Positions 37,805 to 48,400 of a stretch of 64,000 nucleotides of DNA are shown piece by piece. The DNA comes from Promethearchaeota archaeon. Its GTDB lineage: Archaea > Asgardarchaeota > Lokiarchaeia > Sigyniarchaeales > SOKP01. Every line of letters starts with the position of its first letter. The first letter of the stretch is position 1. Below the pieces are notes generated by a model. The model saw nothing but the letters and a program-made list of their open reading frames with translations, was not told where the DNA came from and did not search any database. The stretch is taken from positions 1 through 64,000 of the forward strand of contig JAEOTP010000016.1 of the NCBI GenBank assembly GCA_016839765.1, read 5' to 3'. Both the position numbers and the translations under genes were made by a program.

Positions 37805-40054
37805 TTGAGCAATAAAAATCTTAAGTTGGACTTTAATGTCGGAAATTATAAGTCTATTTTTAATACTATACCTACTCCCACTTATATCTGGAAAGTAGAT
37901 AATGATGATTTCAAATTAATTGATTGTAATAAAGCAGCAGAAATTATTACTGAAGGAAAAATTTTAGATTATTTAGGTTTAAGTTTAATAGACATATATG
38001 ATGAAGATTCTGAAGTCTCTAAGGATCTAAAAAAGTGTTTTTATGAAAAAATTAATTTTTCAAAAGAAATGCTTTATAAATATAAGAGTACTGGTAAACA
38101 GAAGGTTCTTTATACAACCTATAACTTTATACCACCGAATCTTGTTATTGTCTTTACAGAAGATATCAGTAAACAAAAAGAAGCAGAAAGTTTATTGAAA
38201 AAGACTGAAGGCGAAAAATCTATAATATTAGAAAGCATTTCAGAGCATATTGTTTATCAAGATTTAAATAATAGAATTATCTGGACAAATAAAGCCGCAG
38301 CAGATTCAGTTGGTTTAACTAGCGATCAATTAATTGGAAAAAAATGTCATAAGATTTGGAATAACCGTGATGATAAATGTCCTGGTTGTCCAGTTATTTC
38401 TGCAGTTGAAACTTGTAAACCGACTATGGCAGAAATGACTACTCCAGATGGCAGAGTATGGTTAGTTAAAGGATTTCCCGTTTTTGATGAAAAAGGAAAT
38501 GTTATAGCCGCTGTTGAAATCACTAATGAAATTACAAAGATTAAACAGGCTGAAGAAAAATTAAAAGTTTCAGAACTACAATATCGTAATACAATTGATT
38601 CAATGGGCGATGCTATACACGTCATTGATAAAGATTTAAGACTTATTCTTATTAATCCAGCAATTATAAGATGGCTTGAGGTTTTAGGTTTACAAACCGA
38701 TGTTATAGGTAAAAAACTAAATGAGGCCTTTCCTTTTTTACCTGAAAAAGTTCTTGATGAATACAAACAGGTATTAGATTCTGGAGAAACCCTTATTACG
38801 GACGAGGAGACTTTTATTAAGGGAAAAACTTACTGTACTGAATCTCGAAAGATTCCAATAATTAGTAAGGGAAAGATAAATCAAATTGTAACTATTGTCC
38901 GTGATTTTGGTGAAAGGAAAATCTCTGAGCAAAAATTAAAAGCATCAGAAAAAAAGTTTCGTCACCTTTTTGACACTTCTCCTTATGGCATAGTATTGTT
39001 AGATCTTAAAGGCGATATAATCGATTGTAACACATCTACAAATAGGTTTTTATCAAAACATACGATAGATGATTTGATTGGTAGAAATTTTAGAGAAATT
39101 TGGTTCATTCATGAAAAAAACAAAAATTTAATATCTTTTTTCGAAAACATAATTGAAAGAGTAATAAATGGTGAAAAGATTAAAAATTTGGAATTCCCTA
39201 TAAATAGATCACTTGGAGGTATAATTTGGGTAAATAGTAGTATATCATTGACAAAGTTAGGAGACGAATCATTAATACAATTCATATTAGAGGATATTTC
39301 AGATAAAAAAAAAGCTGCAACCGAGTTAAAAGAATCAGAAAAAAGATATCGTGAAGCTTTTAATCGTTCTAATTTTTATAAGGATCTTTTCGCTCATGAT
39401 ATAAATAATATTTTTCAAAATATTCAATCATCCTCTGAATTACTCTCTTTATTATTAGATGAAATGAATATTACTAAAGGAAATAATTTTGTAGATATTA
39501 TTAAAGATCAAATTATTAGAGGCTCAACTTTAATTTCAAATGTAAGGAAACTTTCAGAAATTGAAGAAATTGAATCTCCATTGAAAAAAGTTGAATTATT
39601 TGGAGTTCTTAATGAAGTTAAGAATTATATCATTAAATCCTTTCAAAATAGAAAGATTAATCTTGAAATTCTCTCTGATGAAAAGCAAATATTTGTTAAT
39701 GCAAATGAGATATTACCAGATGTATTTGAAAATATTTTAATTAATGCTATAAGATATAACCAAAACTCTTTAATAGAATTAATGATAAGGGTGTCTAAAG
39801 ACATTTCTGATGGAAAAAATTTCATTCGAATGGAATTTATCGACAACGGTATCGGCATTCCAAATGAAATGAAAGAAAAAGTTTTTCAGAGAGGTTATAA
39901 TCACAGGGGTATTATTAAGGGCTTGGGGCTGGGATTAACACTTGTAAAGAAAGTAATTGGAATTTACAATGGACAAATTTGGGTCGAAGATAAAGTTATT
40001 GGTGATTACACTCAAGGAAGTAAATTTATATTATTAATCCCAGAGGTGGAGTAA
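37805..40054 (+). CDS. Soluble multi-PAS sensor histidine kinase
   Basis: About 4 PAS/PAC repeats, FAHDINN H-box, NILINAIRY, DNGIGI, GLGLGL. Confidence 0.93.
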   Translation: MSNKNLKLDFNVGNYKSIFNTIPTPTYIWKVDNDDFKLIDCNKAAEIITEGKILDYLGLSLIDIYDEDSEVSKDLKKCFYEKINFSKEMLYKYKSTGKQKVLYTTYNFIPPNLVIVFTEDISKQKEAESLLKKTEGEKSIILESISEHIVYQDLNNRIIWTNKAAADSVGLTSDQLIGKKCHKIWNNRDDKCPGCPVISAVETCKPTMAEMTTPDGRVWLVKGFPVFDEKGNVIAAVEITNEITKIKQAEEKLKVSELQYRNTIDSMGDAIHVIDKDLRLILINPAIIRWLEVLGLQTDVIGKKLNEAFPFLPEKVLDEYKQVLDSGETLITDEETFIKGKTYCTESRKIPIISKGKINQIVTIVRDFGERKISEQKLKASEKKFRHLFDTSPYGIVLLDLKGDIIDCNTSTNRFLSKHTIDDLIGRNFREIWFIHEKNKNLISFFENIIERVINGEKIKNLEFPINRSLGGIIWVNSSISLTKLGDESLIQFILEDISDKKKAATELKESEKRYREAFNRSNFYKDLFAHDINNIFQNIQSSSELLSLLLDEMNITKGNNFVDIIKDQIIRGSTLISNVRKLSEIEEIESPLKKVELFGVLNEVKNYIIKSFQNRKINLEILSDEKQIFVNANEILPDVFENILINAIRYNQNSLIELMIRVSKDISDGKNFIRMEFIDNGIGIPNEMKEKVFQRGYNHRGIIKGLGLGLTLVKKVIGIYNGQIWVEDKVIGDYTQGSKFILLIPEVE

Positions 40055-40055
40055 T

Positions 40056-40436
40056 TTGACTTCAATTTTGATTGTAGAGGATGACATATACCTGCAAAAA
40101 TTATATGAAATGATGTTAAAAACCCAAGGATTTAAGATAATTGGCAAAGCAGGGAATGGCTCTGAAGCAATTAATATTTTTAAGGCTCTACGAAATAAAC
40201 CTGACATTGTTTTGATGGATCACAGAATGCCCATTAAAAATGGAATCGATACTACTCTCGAACTTACTAGATTAAATTCTCATACTAAAATTATATTTAT
40301 TAGCGCAGATAATTCCGTGAAAAAACAGGCGCTCTCAATTGGAGCAAAGAGTTTTATTGAAAAACCGTTCAGTATTGATCAACTAAATAATGTAATTAAG
40401 AAAGTTATAGAAAACTCTAAAGTTGTGAATAATTAA
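40056..40436 (+). CDS. Single-domain response regulator
   Basis: IVEDD, MDHRMP, ISA, EKPF. Confidence 0.93.
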   Translation: MTSILIVEDDIYLQKLYEMMLKTQGFKIIGKAGNGSEAINIFKALRNKPDIVLMDHRMPIKNGIDTTLELTRLNSHTKIIFISADNSVKKQALSIGAKSFIEKPFSIDQLNNVIKKVIENSKVVNN

Positions 40437-40639
40437 GCAAAAGCAAAGCGGTTATTCTATTTTGATTTTGAAAAAAAAATTATGATTTTTAAATAATTTT
40501 TTTATCTTTATAAGAAATCATCATTGCAATTATAAGAAAAAATCTTCCTTTTTTTGAAAAACCCCATAACAAATTTAAAATTCAGTACTTAATTTTCTAA
40601 AATAATTTGTTAAACTTAAAAAATCAAAAAATATGAAGA

Positions 40640-42148
40640 TTGGTTAAAAGGTTAAGGTTTATGAGCTATAAATTAGCAGATGAAAAAGATTTAGAAGCTA
40701 TGATTGGTATTGTGGGAAAAGATTATGCTACCAATAACAAGGCAATTACAGCGTCATATCTTTCCAAATCTGTAATGGGATTAGAGTCACAAATTCCTGA
40801 TATCGTCATACGCCCTAAATACGTAGAAGAGATTCGTAAAATACTACTTTACTGCTCTGCAGAAAAAATTGCAGTCTCACCGATTTCAGCCGGACTATCT
40901 GGCGGTTTTGCGTGTCCGACTATTAAGCCTGCTGGAGTTATGCTTGATTTAGGTAGAATGAATAGAATTATCGAAGTCGATACAGAAAATCGATATGTCG
41001 TAGTCGAACCGGGAGTCACGATTGGAGAGCTGTGGGCTTACATGCACAAGAATTATCCAGAGTGGGCGCCTCCCGTACCAGACGGTGCTCCACCAGCTTC
41101 TACCGTAATGGGTGATGCTATCGATCGAGGGTTTTCCCTTTACACTAGTTCCGTTGGTCCACAAGGTGATAATTTTATGTGCGGTGAGATAGTGTTTCCA
41201 AATGGAGATATTGTGCGAACCGGTTCTTGGGCTCTTCCATTTGCGAAACCGTTCTATAAATACGGACTAGGTCCAGATATCTGGTCCTTTTTAATGGGTT
41301 CACAAGGAGCTCTAGGCGTAATGACTAAAGTTGCAGTTAAAATATATCCACATCCAAAATTTAAGACTGTAGTTGTGTGGGGCATGTCCAATCCTGAGGA
41401 TATGCAGAACTTAACACTTGAAATTGGAAAACAAGAATTTGGAATTGCACACAACACCGTTATGGTTCAAGGTGGGAACTATCCATTAGTAATGACACGT
41501 TGGCCAAAAGATAAAGTTCCTCACGATTATGAATTCTACGAACAGCTAGGAATTAGTAAGTGGTGGATGAATTGGGAGTGCTGGGCACAAACTCAAGAAG
41601 AGTTAGATTATGTGGTTAATAGAATCAATAAAATGGCTGAAGATTTTAAGAAAAATAGAGCTAAAGATCCTGATGGTATAAAACCTCAGGAACTACATCC
41701 CAAACAAATCGCAAGCAGATTGAAGAAACCCAATAAGATTGCGATTCCTTATTCATTCTGGGAGGCAGGATTTTTATTCATTACGTTCTATACACCATGG
41801 AACGAATGCGCCCATTTTGCTGAAATGTACTGTAAAGCTATGGAAGATCGAGGATTTCCACCAGTAATGTGGATTGCTAGTATTGAGCGTTGTAGGCAAG
41901 CAATTTGTATGCCAATTATTTGTTTCGATAGCACAAAACAATCAGATTTCGAAAAAGTTCAAGAGATGAATAGAGAAACAACAGAATACGCGCTTAAGCA
42001 AGGGTGGTTGAATTATCGTCCAGATCCATACATCCATGCACCTCTCACTTATTCTCAAGCAGGAATGTATTGGAAATATTTGAGGATGATGAAGAAAATG
42101 TTTGATCCTAATATGATAATGCATCCCGGAAGACTTGCTCTTCCTTAA
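40640..42148 (+). CDS. FAD-binding oxidoreductase (GlcD/VAO family); probable start ATG 40661
   Basis: PDIVIRP, LDLGRMNRI, VEPGVT, GSQGALGVMT, FDPNMIMHPG. Confidence 0.9.
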   Translation: MVKRLRFMSYKLADEKDLEAMIGIVGKDYATNNKAITASYLSKSVMGLESQIPDIVIRPKYVEEIRKILLYCSAEKIAVSPISAGLSGGFACPTIKPAGVMLDLGRMNRIIEVDTENRYVVVEPGVTIGELWAYMHKNYPEWAPPVPDGAPPASTVMGDAIDRGFSLYTSSVGPQGDNFMCGEIVFPNGDIVRTGSWALPFAKPFYKYGLGPDIWSFLMGSQGALGVMTKVAVKIYPHPKFKTVVVWGMSNPEDMQNLTLEIGKQEFGIAHNTVMVQGGNYPLVMTRWPKDKVPHDYEFYEQLGISKWWMNWECWAQTQEELDYVVNRINKMAEDFKKNRAKDPDGIKPQELHPKQIASRLKKPNKIAIPYSFWEAGFLFITFYTPWNECAHFAEMYCKAMEDRGFPPVMWIASIERCRQAICMPIICFDSTKQSDFEKVQEMNRETTEYALKQGWLNYRPDPYIHAPLTYSQAGMYWKYLRMMKKMFDPNMIMHPGRLALP

Positions 42149-42170
42149 TTGAGTAAGGAGGTAAAAAAAA

Positions 42171-43595
42171 ATGGCTAAAACTGGAATGGAAAGATTAAAA
42201 GAATTAGAGAAGGAAATATATAAGTGTATTCACTGTAAAGCATGTAGATTTGCTTATTCGGGAGAGCCCAGTAGAGAAGGGATAGGGGAATATACAGGTA
42301 AACAGGGTACAGTTCTTTATGAAGGAATGGTTGACGCATGTCCAGCTGGAATAGAATACGGTTGGGAAGCGTTTTGGAACGCCGGTAAAATTTGGATTGC
42401 TCGTTCAATTTTAAGCGGAGATTTAGATTTTTCTGATGAAGTAAGGGATGTTATAATGCCTTGTATTACTTGTGGACAATGCAGTGCTCAATGTGATAAT
42501 AAAATTCCAACTGTTGATATTATCGAATCATTACGAGCAGCATGTAATGAAGCGGGTATTCCAATGATAGAAAAGCATGAATTAGTGGATAGGCTTGTAA
42601 AGGAACTCAATAATCCTTACGGTGGAAAAGCTGCAGAACGCTTTAAATGGGCAAAAGATGCCGGATTAGAGAAATTTGTTGATAATAAAGAAGCAAAAAT
42701 TGGCTACTATGTAGGTTGTACTGCATCATACCGTCAAGTGGAAGTCGCAATAGCAACTGCGAAACTTTTTGAAATGTTGGGCATCAACTTTACTTTAGTT
42801 GGTGATGAGGTATGTTGTGGAAGTCCTTTCTTTAGAATAGGAGCTGTTGACACTGCACAAGAACTAATGAACAAAAATCTCGAGGCTTTTAAAGGTTTAG
42901 AAATGGTTTACTTCAGTTGTGCTGGATGTTATAGGACAATCACTTTAGATTATCCAAAATGGATGCCTGAGGGTTCCAAACTACCTTTCAAAACACAACA
43001 CGCATTTGAATTAGTCACTCGATTAATCCAACAAGAAAAAATCAAATTCAAGCCAAATAAAGAGTTAAAAGGAAAGATAGTTACCTATCACGACCCGTGC
43101 CATACTGGTCGTCATTTCGGAGTTGATTTTGAGCAAGAACTTATCAAACAAAGCAAGAATTTAATGTTCGATATGAGAAAAATCAAAGAGAAAATTGATA
43201 AATGGTTTGAAATTCCAAGAATTATTCTTAGAAAGCTTGAAGAGGATGTTGGAATCGAATTTAGAGAAATGTATCGTATAAAACTGAATAGTATGTGCTG
43301 TGGGGCAGGTGGTGGTGTCCGTGCTGGATATCCTGATTTCTCAATACGCACTGCTAGTTTACGATGTGATGAAGCAAATGCAGTAGAAGCAGATATTTTG
43401 ACAACCGAATGTCCTTTTTGCTGGAGGAATCTAACGGATGCTAATGAACTATACAATCATGGCATGAAAGTTATGGGTGTTTTACAAATGATTACTGAAT
43501 ATAATTTATTAGAAATCTTAGATAATCCGACTGAAAAAGATTTCTTGACCTCCTCTATAAGGGAACTTGAAGCAGATTCCGAAAAGAAGAAATAA
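42171..43595 (+). CDS. HdrD/GlpC-like Fe-S oxidoreductase (CCG domains), intronless paralog of 16144..17440
   Basis: CIHCKAC...CP, CITCGQCSAQC, VCCG, SCAGC, YHDPCH, CCGAGGG, ECPFC; GGAGGT RBS. Confidence 0.92.
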   Translation: MAKTGMERLKELEKEIYKCIHCKACRFAYSGEPSREGIGEYTGKQGTVLYEGMVDACPAGIEYGWEAFWNAGKIWIARSILSGDLDFSDEVRDVIMPCITCGQCSAQCDNKIPTVDIIESLRAACNEAGIPMIEKHELVDRLVKELNNPYGGKAAERFKWAKDAGLEKFVDNKEAKIGYYVGCTASYRQVEVAIATAKLFEMLGINFTLVGDEVCCGSPFFRIGAVDTAQELMNKNLEAFKGLEMVYFSCAGCYRTITLDYPKWMPEGSKLPFKTQHAFELVTRLIQQEKIKFKPNKELKGKIVTYHDPCHTGRHFGVDFEQELIKQSKNLMFDMRKIKEKIDKWFEIPRIILRKLEEDVGIEFREMYRIKLNSMCCGAGGGVRAGYPDFSIRTASLRCDEANAVEADILTTECPFCWRNLTDANELYNHGMKVMGVLQMITEYNLLEILDNPTEKDFLTSSIRELEADSEKKK

Positions 43596-43802
43596 GGAAC
43601 TTATTAACTACTAAACTATTTTTTTGTTTTTCTTATTTTTTATATATTGTCATTTACCTCAAATTTTTCAATTAATAATTGGACAATATTGGGAAAATAG
43701 CCAATATTTAAATTGATAGATTTTCTAGTGTTCTGTTAAGGTATAATTTAAATAATAATTTTAAAATATTATTAAAATAGGAATTCAATTTTGTGAAGGT
43801 TT

Positions 43803-45311
43803 ATGAAAAAGAAAAAAGCAATTGCGATTATTGCTGCTTTAGTTATTGTAGCGGGAGTAACTACTACGTTACTGCTGGTATTTCTATTTCCCAGTCCAGG
43901 AGTATATACAGGTCAAAGGAAAGCATTAATCTGCTGTAGTGCAAATGATTTTTTTGGTTCAGAACCTGAGGAACCATTTAATGATGGACATGATTCTAAT
44001 TTAAATAACATTATTAAAGATGAAGGGAATTGGTCATTTACTAATATAGAAAATTGTTTAGGACAACATACTATGCTTGAAGCTTATGAAGGGCCTCTAA
44101 ATGGCAGTTTGCTTATGAAAGCTATTATAGATGGACCATTCTCAGGGATTTTTTCTCTTAATTGGACACAATCTGGTTATACTCTTTATGAATATGCTTA
44201 TTATAATATTTCAGCCATGATTAAAATTATAGATACAGGAGGATTAATAGGTAAGGGGGCTCGAATTGGATTACAATGGCTGGATTCCGATGGAGATGTA
44301 ACTAGAACTGACTGGTCAAATTATATTAATAATACAAATTCAGAATGGGCATTTTTAAATTCTACAGGAGTTTGCAATAATGAAACAGGAAAAGAAATAA
44401 CGGAATTAAAACTTGTGTTATGTGTAAATTTCACATTATCTATTGCTTTAACAGATTATATTTTCTTTGATTACATCAAAATAGATAAGTGGGTTTTAGT
44501 AGATTTAGACAATCCTACTGATCCTGGTACTCCTCCTCCGCCTCCAGGCATAAATTCAGATGGATTCCCTGCTCAGGCATTACAAGTATATTGGATATTG
44601 AAAAATCATGGTTATACAGATGAAAATATCTTTTTGATGTTATATTATAAGGATGATGCAGATGGAATTATTGATATTAAGTTAGGTGGTAAACCAGATG
44701 ATTTAGTTGGTGCAGTTATTGATTTAGCTAATAACAGTGTAAATGCTACAAGTTTCAAACAAGAGTTAAATGTTTCTTATGCAGGTTCTTTTGCTTCCAC
44801 CATACAACCACAAGATTATCTAATTATATATATGTGTGATCATGGTTCAAATAAAATACCTGGTCAAGCTCCCAATGCTACATTCCATTTTGAAGCGGAT
44901 AATAGTTTTATTACAGAATTAGAATTTTATAATTTAGTTAAGCAAATAAATTGTCAGAGAATAATGATAAATGTAGATTGCTGTTTTAGTGGTAATTTTC
45001 TAAATCAAAATATTGTTGGTCAGAGCTGGTATGATATTGAAAATTGTATCATGGTTAGCGCTTCTTCGAATTTACTTGCTTGGTATTATATAAATAATAA
45101 AAATCTTGATGGATTTGCAGGTTCCTGGTTCTTTCATATGTTTTGGGATGCGTTAAATCAGTCTGCGACTATTTACGATGCTTTTAATCATGCCAATATC
45201 TGGCCTCCAGCTGCTCGTGGAATGCCATTATTTTTGATTCAGAATCCAATGTGGGATGATAATATGGGTATTAATAAAACATTAAGCTTCGATAGCGATC
45301 CTCCATTATAG
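43803..45311 (+). CDS. Membrane-anchored clan CD (C13 legumain/caspase-fold) peptidase with inserted beta-domain
   Basis: N-terminal signal anchor; GYTDENIFLML, IIYMCDHG (His), INVDCCFSG (Cys); many N-x-S/T sequons. Confidence 0.8.
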   Translation: MKKKKAIAIIAALVIVAGVTTTLLLVFLFPSPGVYTGQRKALICCSANDFFGSEPEEPFNDGHDSNLNNIIKDEGNWSFTNIENCLGQHTMLEAYEGPLNGSLLMKAIIDGPFSGIFSLNWTQSGYTLYEYAYYNISAMIKIIDTGGLIGKGARIGLQWLDSDGDVTRTDWSNYINNTNSEWAFLNSTGVCNNETGKEITELKLVLCVNFTLSIALTDYIFFDYIKIDKWVLVDLDNPTDPGTPPPPPGINSDGFPAQALQVYWILKNHGYTDENIFLMLYYKDDADGIIDIKLGGKPDDLVGAVIDLANNSVNATSFKQELNVSYAGSFASTIQPQDYLIIYMCDHGSNKIPGQAPNATFHFEADNSFITELEFYNLVKQINCQRIMINVDCCFSGNFLNQNIVGQSWYDIENCIMVSASSNLLAWYYINNKNLDGFAGSWFFHMFWDALNQSATIYDAFNHANIWPPAARGMPLFLIQNPMWDDNMGINKTLSFDSDPPL

Positions 45312-45452
45312 AGAACTGTATATTTAATTTTTATTTTTTTTATCTTTTAGTCTATTTATTAATCATTTTTTGCTACAATTTAGTTCTATCAATGACAAAA
45401 AATAAATGTAAAAATTATCATTATAATTAAAAGGATTTATGGGGTTTTTTAT

Positions 45453-48400
45453 TTGTCAAACGTAGAAAAGAAAACTGCGTATCCGTATATTACGGAATTC
45501 AAAAGAGAACCTTTTGAATCGTTTGTACTAATAGATAGGAAAAAAATTGGGAGTTTCCATCTAAGTTATTATAATAAAATCATAAATCTTTATCAATCAA
45601 AAGTTAAAACGCTATTTAAAGAGCCTAGTTTAGACTTAGAGTATTTATATTGGTTTCTCTTATTAGGGAAATATCTGAAAGAGGATCTCACTACTCAAAA
45701 ACATGAGTTTTATGCTTTCATTAAAAATTGTGAAGTGGATATTTTAGAGAAGCATCAAATAAGTTTTAAATTAAATCCTCAATCTAAAGCTGTACCTGAT
45801 ATTTGGTCTTTATATTATGCCCTATCTAGTTTGCATATATTAGGATTGCTAGAAGAATATCTTCTCTCAAAAGGAAGTAATGATCTTGTAAGAAAAGTTA
45901 AAAATTTTATATATGAACATAAAAAAGGTGAAATTTTTCTCCACTGTCTTGATAAACAATGTGATATTCATAAAAAACCATTTTCTTCAAAGACTTTTTA
46001 TTATATCCTTGAAATTCTCACACTTATAGGTTCAGATGTTAGAGTATTTAAAGAACAATTCCGTATATATTTGAATAGCAGAAAAAAAATTCCTTCCATG
46101 CTATTCAAATATCTATCTCTTAAGTATTTAAATCTGGATTTAGAAGTAAAAGATAAAGAGCTTCAATATTTCCATCAATTTCAAAAATATGATGGTGGAT
46201 TTAACTTCTCTAACGGAGAAGGAAATATAGATGATACTTTTTGGATAATTTATACTTTTGATCATTTTTCATGGCTAATGGATTACAACCCTGCCAGAAT
46301 CTATTCATTCATCAACGAAAATATTCAAACACTTTTTGAAAGTAGTAATGAACAAGCTTCACTCATATTCCTTAATTTGTCCAAGGTCACAATACTTTTA
46401 TCTTTTATATGGAAAAAGTTTATTGGAGAGATTGAAAGGCTGATTTTTAAAGAAATAGAAAAAAATGGATTCGTAGATATTAAACACATAAAAACAGCTT
46501 TTGGATTAACCCATGGAATTGAAGAGATCATCCTATATATTAATTTAAGTTATAATTTTAAGCTAAAAATCATAAGTAATACATTAGAATTTAATAATTT
46601 TCTTATAACCCTCAATGATGGATTAAAAGTAATTGCGAATGAAATATGTAATCAGTTAAAGGAAAATAGCATAATATCTCTTTCTGACATTCTAAAGAAT
46701 TATAAATCATCTTATCATTTTGAATCATTGAAAATGAAAGAGGATATTATTCCTCTAATTAATGATATGATGGAAAAGAATTTTTTCAAGGGAAATATTC
46801 GAACTAAATCAAAATTTCTAGGAAAATCAAAATATTACTTTTACTTGGATTTTCTTCTAGATGATGTTATAACTTCTGACATGAAAATAAATACAGAGAA
46901 GGTATTAGAAGAAAAAGAAAAATTGGGTGATATTAAGAATGATATCTATAATATGACTTTAATTTTAAAAAATACCTCCACACAGATTAAAGAAGAAATT
47001 GAATCCTATTTACTTCTAGACGAAATCGACTATGCAAAAGAACGATTGAGATTTATTTTGAGAAATGCATTATTGGAAGCTGATTTTCTAAATGAAAATA
47101 TTGAAAATTCATTTAGTCAAGATATGAGATATATCAATATTCAAGCAGTATTAGCAACTGAAATTAATCAATGGAAAAAAGCATACTCTATAATGCAGAA
47201 GAAGCTAAATGCAGTTGAGAAATATTTAAAAGAAAAAATTTCCGAAAAAGAAGAATTAAAAAAATTTAATGTTATTTTAGATGAATTAAATAATAGAATT
47301 TTTGAAATTGGGGAATTTATTAAAAAAGAATTAGATTCATTTAGAAAATATTTTAGAGAGAAGCTTGAATCTGGTTTTATTAACGATAAATATAATTTAA
47401 TAATTGGTGAATTTAATAAAATCTCGAATTATGTAGAGAAGTATGATCATACAATTTATAAAATATCACAACAAATTACGATAAAAGAAGAGAAAGTTTT
47501 CAAGAAACATAAGGGAATTATCGATAATTGGGTTAACTTAAAAGAAGAATTTGAGTCGATCTTCAATTATTATGCTGAAGGATTTAAATTTTTCGAGCAA
47601 ACAATTGAAAAAATTGATGGAATTAATGATGAAACTGAAAAAGAAATATCTTATATAAAACAAAAAGCAGATGAAAAAATTTCTCAGAATCAATTCAAAG
47701 AAGCTTTTGAGATTATAAAAAAGGATTCTGAAAGCTTATTAAATCAAAAAATAAAGGAAATAAAGGATCTCAAAATAATTGTCTTAAATCAAATTAAAGC
47801 TAATCAAAAACTATTCCTTCTTTTTCAATATTTAAAAGAAAAATTGGATGTAATAGAAGAATCAATTATAAATTTGGTAGCAGAACAAGTTCAATCGCTA
47901 AAGGATGAAGTATTGGAAGAGAGAAATAGGGCTAAAATTGAAGATTTTGATAATTTTATATCTGAACAAATTCAGAGATTCAAGATTAGATTAAAATTTT
48001 ACAAAACTAAACTAAGTGAAGCAAAAAGTATAAAAATCAAGGATGTAATTGATGGCTTTGACAGAATAATCATAGAATTAGATGATAAGTATAAAATCTT
48101 CTTGAAAAAATTAAATAATTTAAAAACAATAATACAAAATTTTGATCAAAATTCGATTACAGTTATCCAATGGGAAAATTTTTATGATTATCTAACAACT
48201 GAGATTAATAATTTGAAAGAGAATCATGTTAATCAAATTATCATTAGTGAAATAGAGATCTGGTCTAAAGAGAAAAAAACTAATAAAGTAGATATAACAG
48301 AGCTTGCAAATAAATTAAATTTAAAATGCAAATCAGTAATACCTCTCATTAAAGAAATGATAGAATTCTCTAAAATTGAGGGTGATTTAAATGAAGAAAA

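Noticed and set aside
42250-43200. Insertions in the second CCG oxidoreductase (after CxxCxxC and after HDPCH) as in-frame introns
   Set aside because: No hairpin or BHB pairing found by eye; they look like ordinary protein loops.
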